From assembly GCF_001194135.2 (NCBI RefSeq), contig NC_068990.1:77543434-77586716 (forward strand): DNA of 43,283 bases, given 5' to 3'. The notes under the pieces are model-generated. The model made no database searches. It worked only from the letters and a program-made list of their open reading frames with translations, and had not been told where the DNA came from. Shown here one piece after another: positions 33,780-43,283 of this stretch. Within the stretch, counting starts at the first letter, position 1; the number at the start of each line of letters is the position of its first letter. This DNA is from Octopus bimaculoides. Taxonomy: Eukaryota. The position numbers were made by a program, and so were the translations under genes.

Positions 33780-34000
33780 CTTAAACTCCATCTCCCCTAT
33801 CCTGTTTTATCTGAAGATTCCGTGACCACTGGAACAACTTCCCCAACATCGAATGGAATATCAATAACAGGACCTCTCCGTACTCGCCAGGAGCTCACAA
33901 ATATACTCCGCCAACGTGCAGTATTCATCATTAGAAAGAATGAATTATCTTATCGGTTCCAACAGCGGTATGCCCTGTTAATGAACTTTAAGTCTCTGGT
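33780..34000 (+). mobile_element. Penelope-like GIY-YIG C-terminal remnant
   Basis: NIEWNINNRTSPYSPG, then frameshift to IRKNELSYRFQQRYALLMNFK, resembling the LNKRxEL..CRH..K.LL end of PLE ORFs; the cysteines are not preserved. Confidence 0.5.
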
Positions 34001-34149
34001 ACCTAACAATCCAGGCATACCACCTTCGGCTTGCTTGCTCCATACTCAAGGTCACGGTCCTTAATACCTGCCGTCCGTATTAACTACAATCCTATCCATG
34101 CTGACACATCAAATCTTAATCCAGTGCCGCCAAATCTGGTTTCTCCATG

Positions 34150-35250
34150 TGTTCGTAATGAATTAAAACATTTGTCAAAATTAAGTGTGGAAAGCAACAT
34201 CTATCATGTGGTGCCCGTTTACATCGATGCTTTTCTGAAGACGTTCTTGGAAGTTGGTCTCCACTCTCTTCAGCATTGCTCTGTCCATTTGGTCGACTTC
34301 CACGCAAATAGCTTCCTTCAAATCGTCCAATGTACGGGCTTATACGATTACACACGTCCCTTGAGGTTTCCTTACAAGAAATAATCACGCATGGACAAAT
34401 CAGGGGACTGAGGGGTCCAAGGAATGTCAGCAAACCTGGAAATGAGGTGGGCACCGAAGTGAGGGCGAATAACATCCATTGATGCTCTGACTGCGTGGAC
34501 CGTCGCCCTATCCTGCTGAGACCACGCACGTCGAATAGGCATACGTTTTCGTCGTAATTCAGGCCCAAAGAAGTTGTTTATCATCTTGATGTAACTCTCG
34601 GAGGTCACAGAAACAGTATATCCATTACCGTCCTGAAAAAAGTAAGGACCAATGACGGCAGCTTTTCCAGCAGTATATCAGACCGTCACTTTGGGGCTTT
34701 GTAGTGGTCTTTCGTGCAGTTGTCTCGAATTTTCAAGAGCCCAATAATGAGAGTTTTATTGATGCACCATGCTATTGAGATGAAAATGAGCTTCATCATT
34801 CATTAACAAAATGAGGTTGTCATTTGCCTCAAAAATTGCTTCCCTCTGACATGCAAAGTTAAACCGCTATGCATAGTCCTATGGTTTCAACTGTTGCCCA
34901 GTAGCCAATTTCTACGGATGTAAATGCAGACCTTCATGCAAAATACGCCTTACCGATCGATTACCGATGCCAATTTTAGCGGAATGTCTCCGAGCAGAGC
35001 GATTCGGACTCCGTATCAAAGTTTGTCTGCCGCGTTCCACATTCTCCGGGGTCCGCATCGTTCATGGCACCCCCACAGGTCTCCTATTCATTAATGTGCC
35101 TCATGGACGAAGTGCATTCACCCAACAGCCTGATTTCGGTGAATGTTGAAGTGGTGGCGAAAGTGCTGAACTGCTGTGACACACTCCTTATTCTTAACGT
35201 AACTGTCGTAGGCAAATACGCGATGCTCTATCGTCCACAGCGCCATGACT
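34150..35250 (-). mobile_element. Fossil DD41D (rosa-like) Tc1/mariner transposase
   Basis: MALWTIEHRVFAYDSYV start, MNDEAHFHLN, IGPYFF, QQD..WTPQSPDLSMRD with exactly 41 residues between D2 and D3; stops and frameshifts; SINE A lies just upstream of the ATG. Confidence 0.92.
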
Positions 35251-35254
35251 TCAC

Positions 35255-35317
35255 CTGAAAGAAGCCCGTCGTATATACATAGATATATATATATATATAT
35301 ATATATACAGACACACT

Positions 35318-35380
<63 letters not shown>

Positions 35381-35595
35381 TTGTGTGCCTGTGTTTGTCC
35401 CCCCACCACTATCGCTTGATAACCAATGTTGGTGTGTTTACGTCCCCACAACCTGGCGGTTCGACAAAAGAGACGGATAGAATAAGTACTAGCCTTACAA
35501 TGAATAAGTCCTGGGGTCGATTTGCTCGACTAAAGGTGGTGCTCCAGCATGGCCGCAGTCAAATGAGTGAAACAAGTAAAGCGTAAAGGAGAATA
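35255..35595 (+). mobile_element. SINE family A, 5'-truncated, well preserved
   Basis: gaaagaagcccgtcgtatata..ggtggtgctccagcatggccgcagtcaaatgagtgaaacaagtaaa. Confidence 0.92.
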
Positions 35596-35722
35596 TACAT
35601 GTATATATGCATACACATTTATATATTATAGGTTCGTATATATGAATGTACGTAGGAATGTATGTATGTATGTATAAATGTATTATATAAATGTATTATA
35701 TAAATGTATGTATGTATAAATG

Positions 35723-35835
35723 TCATTATTCAGTTTATTTCAAGATTTCTTGCCAATTGAGAAAGAACCGGTTTCTAACCTAGATCCAAGGCTCCTTCAT
35801 TGGAGTTTCAACATCAACAACAGGGTATCTTTGTT
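35723..35835 (-). mobile_element. Repeat family E, flanked by ATGT-type repeats
   Basis: tcattattcagttttatttcaagatttcttgcc..ctagatccaaggctccttcattggag..caacagggtatctttgtt. Confidence 0.85.
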
Positions 35836-36240
35836 TGCATGTATTTATGTATGTATTCAATAACAAGTCAGAAAGGAAAGAAGGAGAGCTTCTAACAATA
35901 CAGAGAGGTAAGTGGAATAACTTTTATACATTTCAGGCATTATAAGATTGTTCCTTTGGCAATCTAAATGGTAGGGTCTGCATAAATTCACATTAACCGT
36001 ATCCCTGTGGTGATTGGCCTTTGTGCTTGAAATGTATAAAGGTTATTCAACTCTCATTTTTGCATTGCTAGAAGCTCTCTCTCTCCTTTTCTATATTGTT
36101 CGTCATTATACTTCAGTATCACAAAGGTTCAAGCCAACTACAGTGCTCTCCCTTCATAATCACAGATACTTATTCATACACAAACATATATAAATACACA
36201 TATATATAAACACATACATACCAACATACATGCATATATA

Positions 36241-36282
<42 letters not shown>

Positions 36283-36817
36283 NNNNNNNNNNNNNNNNNN
36301 NNNNNNNNNNNNNNNNNNNNNNNNNNNNNNNNNNNNNNNNNNNNNNNNNNNNNNNNNNNNNNNNNNNNNNNNNNNNNNNNNNNNNNNNNNNNNNNNNNNN
36401 NNNNNNNNNNNNNNNNNNNNNNNNNNNNNNNNNNNNNNNNNNNNNNNNNNNNNNNNNNNNNNNNNNNNNNNNNNNNNNNNNNNNNNNNNNNNNNNNNNNN
36501 NNNNNNNNNNNNNNNNNNNNNNNNNNNNNNNNNNNNNNNNNNNNNNNNNNNNNNNNNNNNNNNNNNNNNNNNNNNNNNNNNNNNNNNNNNNNNNNNNNNN
36601 NNNNNNNNNNNNNNNNNNNNNNNNNNNNNNNNNNNNNNNNNNNNNNNNNNNNNNNNNNNNNNNNNNNNNNNNNNNNNNNNNNNNNNNNNNNNNNNNNNNN
36701 NNNNNNNNNNNNNNNNNNNNNNNNNNNNNNNNNNNNNNNNNNNNNNNNNNNNNNNNNNNNNNNNNNNNNNNNNNNNNNNNNNNNNNNNNNNNNNNNNNNN
36801 NNNNNNNNNNNNNNNNN

Positions 36818-36858
<41 letters not shown>

Positions 36859-37729
36859 ATGTATATATACATAATGAAATAAGTATCAGGATGTCAGGTA
36901 TTAATTGCAATATGACCATTTCAGGCGGCTCCATTTAATCGAACAATGCAATCATTACATGAGAATAAATACAGTCCCATTTTTAGTTGCAAATCACATG
37001 GATTTTCAACGGACAAGATATATTAATATAATTTTTCTGAAATATTTTTTTTCAGAGCTAGAGGATGAAAGAATTTCATGTTGCCACTATTGCAGCAGAA
37101 ATAATCCAAGAGAAAAACAACTACAATTTTGGAGTAGCAGGAATGGATCACAGTGAGGGTCATGGGATTGTAATTCATTTCTCATTTTTATCTATCTCCT
37201 TATCGACATCAAAAGATGTAACGTTAATAGACTGTGTTATCGTACAGAATTATGAGTTGACAGTTCAGAATCTTAATTTCTTATGGCCATAAGTACCCCT
37301 TACCACATAAAACAGCAAACCTTAGAAAGGAGTCAATTAGAGAGTGGTAAATGTTCATAAAAAGAGGTAGGTAGGGGTGGCATAAACTCGTTTCGCTATT
37401 TTCAGTTAAAGAGGCTTACATTATGAAACATAGGGCACTGCAATGAGATCTAGATAAAGGTTAAGGGCACAGAGAGGAAAAGGTTTATAATCAAAGTATA
37501 TCAAAAGCTGTGTATTATTATATGTTGTATAAAAATAAAAGTAATATTTAAATAAAATATTTTTTTTTAAAATTTGAAAGTGATACCAGAACCAGGAGGG
37601 ATATATAGACCGATTTAAGCACTAAAAAGAAGGTTATTTTATATAAAGGTTCCATAATGGCTCATCCTTACAGAACTATTTGATGGTTACGACAGCTACC
37701 ACTCAAACAATGAGATCCACTTACAGATC

Positions 37730-38358
37730 ATCTGTCGCATTCCGCTGTTTGCAGCAATGCTTGGAAATAACGTGATGCTCGCACTGACCGTGACTGAGAC
37801 AACTTTCTCAGAGACCTACGCAAAGTTGCAGAAAGTGTATGGAGAGGAGTATGAGCCGCACACAAGTGTACGGGTGGCTTAAACGTTTCCATCTATGAGT
37901 TATCAGAGGATGTGCAGATTAGTTACGGTTCAGTTCACTCCATTGTCAATGAAAATTTGGGTATGAAACGCGTGTCTGCCAAGTTTGTGCAATAACTTCT
38001 TTCAGCTGACCAAAAGGGCACACGGGTTTCAGATACACAAATTCTCCTTGATTGTGTCGAGAACGATGAAAACTTTTTGAAAACTTTACATCGGCCCCTG
38101 AGCAGCTATCGCCAAGGTTTCTTTTTCAAAATTTGATGCAGATTCTCAGCTCAACTTCGTCATGATGAATAAGACTAAGACATGCTAAACACGATAATTC
38201 CAAGCACCCTGTGTACAGTAGGATTGAAGTAAAACGTTAAAACTTAGTGCACATATACACCAAAGTTCCAAGTCATTCTGTGCCAAGCGGCTTCATTCTA
38301 CGTGATTTAGCTTCGTTATTATAGCAACAGTACGGATACTTATTGATCATATCACACA
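37730..38358 (+). mobile_element. Internally deleted mariner fossil
   Basis: SETYAKLQKVYGEE, VQISYGSVHSIVNENLGMKRVSAKFV, ENDENFLKT; TIR-like gatacttattgatcatatcaca at the 3' end. Confidence 0.8.
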
Positions 38359-38534
38359 TATATATTAATGATATATATATATATTAATAATAATAAAAAT
38401 ATGTATATATATACATACATATATATAAATATATATATGCACAGACATAATACAAGCATATATCTGTGTGTCTATACGTGTGTGCGTATGTGAGAGTGTG
38501 TGTAATATCTGTGTACTTGTATGTGTATGAGACT

Positions 38535-38660
38535 AGCTCTCATACGGTTTCCTTCTACCAAATTTACTCATAAGTCATTGGTCGACCAGGAGTTCAACAA
38601 CTGAAGGCACCCGACCAAGATGCTGTGCAGTGGGACGGAAGACGAAACTGAACTGTACTT
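38535..38660 (-). mobile_element. SINE family A, diverged 5' fragment
   Basis: ggtttccttctaccaaatttactcataag..ggtcgacc..gcagtgggac. Confidence 0.65.
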
Positions 38661-38720
38661 CATAACCACACAAAACGTGCCCTTATTTATTTACACACAC
38701 ACGCACCCACACACATTATA

Positions 38721-38758
<38 letters not shown>

Positions 38759-39620
38759 GTGTGTGTATGTATATACATACATGCGTACATTCATTAATCT
38801 TACACTTATATTATATTAGAATGCAGAGAACCGTCCAGAAGGCGTTTTTCTTTCTAGTACGTTCAATAATGTGCCACATTATAACAGATTATGCGTGCTA
38901 CCATTTTGCATTGTTCGTAGCATTTATTTCAACGAAAACTTAATTATGTAATTAAATTTATTTTTTTAATGTATTTATTCCAATTACTTAGAATTTTAAT
39001 TCTTAAATTTCGTTGGATACATAAAATGATAAATTATAAGTTATCGGAAAGACTTCAGTCAATGCAGAGAGCGAAAGAAACACGTTTTCTGCCGTGTGCA
39101 GAATTTTCGACAGTAATCGTTGCGTATCAGCTAAAGGAGATTCATCTATAAACGTTATATAAAAAAACATGAATAGTCCAATTAATATTAACATAGGTTT
39201 GTTATTTATTTAATTCACTTAAAGATACGTTAAACACTTTAATCACATGCACAAAGTCAGTGTATGTATATTTCAAGGTAGATGTATATATATGTCGATA
39301 TGCCCGTGTTTGCGTGTGTGTGTGTGTGCATGTGTGTTTGTGTGCGTATATATAATTGTATATATATGTACATATATATGTACTTATATATATGCATATG
39401 TATGCATATGTATGCATATGCATGCATATATATATACAATTATATATATATATACATATACACACACATACAAGCATACATATACATACATAAGAACACT
39501 CACATATATGAATATGTATATATATATATATAGATAGATAAATAGAGAGAGAGAGAGAGAGAGACTCACTCATGTATAGATATATAGATAGATAGATAGG
39601 GAGAGAGAGAGTGAGATTCA

Positions 39621-39658
<38 letters not shown>

Positions 39659-40211
39659 CAAATACGCCCTCACACATACACATATATACATACATTAATC
39701 TCCTCTGTTTCGTTCTAAAAATTACAGAATGTGTTGATTATATCATTGATAATGGAGCAGACAAGCTTTCTGTAAAAACCAACTCCATTAAAAGAGCGTA
39801 TTAAATTTGCATTCTTTTGTATCAAGTACATTCACATGGACGCCGTAAAATTACGTTTTCACNNNNNNNNNNNNNNNNNNNNNNNNNNNNNNNNNNNNNN
39901 NNNNNNNNNNNNNNNNNNNNNNNNNNNNNNNNNNNNNNNNNNNNNNNNNNNNNNNNNNNNNNNNNNNNNNNNNNNNNNNNNNNNNNNNNNNNNNNNNNNN
40001 NNNNNNNNNNNNNNNNNNNNNNNNNNNNNNNNNNNNNNNNNNNNNNNNNNNNNNNNNNNNNNNNNNNNNNNNNNNNNNNNNNNNNNNNNNNNNNNNNNNN
40101 NNNNNNNNNNNNNNNNNNNNNNNNNNNNNNNNNNNNNNNNNNNNNNNNNNNNNNNNNNNNNNNNNNNNNNNNNNNNNNNNNNNNNNNNNNNNNNNNNNNN
40201 NNNNNNNNNNN

Positions 40212-40242
<31 letters not shown>

Positions 40243-40521
40243 TATTGATAGTGATATTAGTCTTTCTACACCTAGTGAGTTATGCATGCTAATCGTTGCA
40301 TGTGCATTATTTTATGCAATTTCAATTCTGTAACAGTGAGGGGCCTCCGTACAAATCGAAAGACCTATAAGGATACGCAAGTAATAAGTTTAATAAGTAT
40401 GTATGTATGTGTGTATGTGTGTGTATGCATGTGTGAGCGTGTTGGTGTGAGTGCAACATTGAACGTTTTGTACACACAAGCATGTGTGCGTGCGTGAGTG
40501 TATATGTGTGTGTCTTTGCGG

Positions 40522-40560
<39 letters not shown>

Positions 40561-41045
40561 CATAGGTATATATATATGCGTACATATAAGACTTATATAT
40601 ATTATGTATTATATATAGCTCTATAATATATACATATAAATACCTACATACATATATNNNNNNNNNNGAGAGAGAGAGAGAGAGAGAGAGAGAAAGATAG
40701 ATAGAGAGAGAGAGAGATTGTCAATATTTTAATGTTTCAAGGCAATTATTGTTGATAGCGCATGTCAAAGCTTACTACATTTCATTCGAATTGGATGCGA
40801 ATGAAGTTTGTTTAAATGACTTTGATACTTCGGTGCTTCTTATGGACAACACTTTGCTGAAGTGTCGAATTACATTGGTGTCATTTGGACTTGTGATCCA
40901 ATTTCGAATTATTACTTATCGTTTTAAAGAATATTATTTTGAAATACAAAGATATGCTACGTACATATATTGCGAAGTGCTTCACGCACACACCACACAC
41001 ACACACACTAATTGATATGTATGTTTATATGTATGTACATATTTA

Positions 41046-41570
41046 TATAGTTTGTCCCAAAAGGCACTGATGGGTTTCAATTTTCAATAACTTCCTTAAC
41101 TTTACAAATAAATGCATGAAATTCTGATACAATATAACGGACATAATGGAAATGAATATGCATGAGTCAAATTTTGCAACATCACTACATCACATATGAA
41201 AAATGACATCGCTTAAATGGCAGCCATTTTCGGTTTTGCACGCCCGTGCTCTTTCCAAGACTTGCACTATAACACCCTCAAGAGTATCAGACCACACTTC
41301 TCTGATTTTTCTATGGATGTTCTCCTTCAGTTGCACCGGGGTCTCCGGTTTATTGGCGTAAACCCTATCTTTCAAGTACCCCAACAAGAAAAAATCGAGC
41401 TAGTCAAGTCTAGGGAACGTAAAGGCCATTCAACGTAGACTTCACACATAGTTCCAGCAAGATGGGACAACTGCTCATACCGCAAGAGAAACAATGCAGT
41501 TGCTACGGAAGTGCTTTGGAGAGTTAACAATCTTCTGCTACGGCAATTGCAACTGACCTTAACATACTTA
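41046..41570 (-). mobile_element. 3' part of a second DD41D/rosa-like transposon
   Basis: EWPLRSLDLT..GYLKDRVYANKPETPVQLKENI..ENGCHLSDVIFH*; TIR-like tatagtttgtcccaaaa; 5' part lost in a gap. Confidence 0.85.
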
Positions 41571-42617
41571 CGTATATATATATATATATATNNNNNNNNN
41601 NNNNNNNNNNNNNNNNNNNNNNNNNNNNNNNNNNNNNNNNNNNNNNNNNNNNNNNNNNNNNNNNNNNNNNNNNNNNNNNNNNNNNNNNNNNNNNNNNNNN
41701 NNNNNNNNNNNNNNNNNNNNNNNNNNNNNNNNNNNNNNNNNNNNNNNNNNNNNNNNNNNNNNNNNNNNNNNNNNNNNNNNNNNNNNNNNNNNNNNNNNNN
41801 NNNNNNNNNNNNNNNNNNNNNNNNNNNNNNNNNNNNNNNNNNNNNNNNNNNNNNNNNNNNNNNNNNNNNNNNNNNNNNNNNNNNNNNNNNNNNNNNNNNN
41901 NNNNNNNNNNNNNNNNNNNNNNNNNNNNNNNNNNNNNNNNNNNNNNNNNNNNNNNNNNNNNNNNNNNNNNNNNNNNNNNNNNNNNNNNNNNNNNNNNNNN
42001 NNNNNNNNNNNNNNNNNNNNNNNNNNNNNNNNNNNNNNNNNNNNNNNNNNNNNNNNNNNNNNNNNNNNNNNNNNNNNNNNNNNNNNNNNNNNNNNNNNNN
42101 NNNNNNNNNNNNNNNNNNNNNNNNNNNNNNNNNNNNNNNNNNNNNNNNNNNNNNNNNNNNNNNNNNNNNNNNNNNNNNNNNNNNNNNNNNNNNNNNNNNN
42201 NNNNNNNNNNNNNNNNNNNNNNNNNNNNNNNNNNNNNNNNNNNNNNNNNNNNNNNNNNNNNNNNNNNNNNNNNNNNNNNNNNNNNNNNNNNNNNNNNNNN
42301 NNNNNNNNNNNNNNNNNNNNNNNNNNNNNNNNNNNNNNNNNNNNNNNNNNNNNNNNNNNNNNNNNNNNNNNNNNNNNNNNNNNNNNNNNNNNNNNNNNNN
42401 NNNNNNNNNNNNNNNNNNNNNNNNNNNNNNNNNNNNNNNNNNNNNNNNNNNNNNNNNNNNNNNNNNNNNNNNNNNNNNNNNNNNNNNNNNNNNNNNNNNN
42501 NNNNNNNNNNNNNNNNNNNNNNNNNNNNNNNNNNNNNNNNNNNNNNNNNNNTATATATATATATATATATATATATATGCATGTATATAAATTTATATGT
42601 ATATATATTCATACATG

Positions 42618-42895
42618 TGGAGGCACGTGACTTTGTGGTTTGAGTGTTGCACTCACGATCATTACATCGTGGGTTCAATTTCCGGATCGAACATTGTGTT
42701 AGGTTCTTGAGCAAAACAATCCATTTCAAGTTGCTCCAGTCCACCTGCAACGGTATATCCCTTCCGGTTAGGGGGAATATTGGTCCGTTCGCCTAGCTAG
42801 CGGGGTGGTATCATTCGAAAACTAACAACAATGTGAAGCGCATTGTGACCAGTGATGTATGACAATATTTGATAGTGTGGTCGATACCGTGATAT
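42618..42895 (+). mobile_element. tRNA-derived SINE family G
   Basis: tggaggcacgtg..GGGTTCAATTTCC B-box-like, ttgagcaaaac..ttgctccagtccac body. Confidence 0.7.
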
Positions 42896-42991
42896 TCATG
42901 GTTACCTATTTTGGCACAAATCCAGAAGTTTCATAGGAAGGAGTAAGTCGATTTGCCCCAGTATCAGACATTCATGCCTACATGCATATAG

Positions 42992-43029
<38 letters not shown>

Positions 43030-43042
43030 TATATATATATAT

Positions 43043-43283
43043 ATTTGTTGTTGCTGTTGTTGTTGGCACTCCGTCGCTTACGACATCGAAGATTCCAGTT
43101 GATCCGATCAACGGAACAGCCTGCTCGTGAAATTAACGTGTAAGTGGCTGAGCACTCCACAGACACGTGTACCATTAACGTAGTTCTCGGGGATATTCAG
43201 CGTGACATAGTGTGACAATGCTGACCCTTTGAATTACAGGCACAACAGAAACAGGAAGTAAGAGTGAGAGAAAGTTGTGGTGA
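43043..43283 (-). mobile_element. SINE family C, 3' part with (ACA)n tail; head outside the window
   Basis: Reverse complement aligns with about 9765-9985. Confidence 0.9.

Larger units (their letters stand above)
1..43283. other. Draft assembly scaffold segment with 17 N-gaps (largest about 4163-4946, 10607-11420, 13627-14283, 19142-19714, 30297-30811, 31643-32288, 36283-36817, 41592-42551)
   Basis: N runs, most of them abutting TA, CA, GA or ATT microsatellites; these create the long X-filled ORFs in the track. Confidence 0.98.

Noticed and set aside
2263-42750. Long ORFs rich in YI, HT, CV, LS, poly-I, poly-L, poly-D or X
   Set aside because: They are translations of microsatellites and N-gaps, not genes
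1-43283. CRISPR array, rRNA, prokaryotic operon or viral insert
   Set aside because: No repeat-spacer periodicity, no rRNA-like sequence and no gene-dense segment

Overview
Eukaryotic, AT-rich, microsatellite-dense draft-assembly sequence with 17 N-gaps. The repeat make-up (tRNA-derived SINEs with internal microsatellites, very dense TA/CA/ATGT/AAT/AGAT tracts) suggests a cephalopod, probably octopus; this is an inference. No complete protein-coding gene is recognisable, and almost all ORFs in the supplied track are translations of microsatellites, gaps or transposon fossils. The window is a mosaic of: at least six SINE families; fossil Tc1/mariner elements (two DD41D/rosa-like, two mariner, one MITE); a non-autonomous Helitron with internal tandem repeats; restriction-like-endonuclease (RLE, R4/Dong-like) retrotransposon fragments sitting in (TAA)n and (ACAT)n repeats; an L2/Crack-like LINE tail; and Penelope-like endonuclease remnants. 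The most interesting signal is a set of dispersed hammerhead ribozyme motifs. One is a near-intact type I hammerhead at 19848-19909 (-) with a 10-nt palindromic stem III; there are also 3 recognisable degenerate copies and 2 weak ones. Also notable are a textbook recursive-splice-site motif (31094-31134, +) and a candidate signal-peptide first coding exon (10115-10206, -). All alignments and folds were done by eye; repeat boundaries are approximate.
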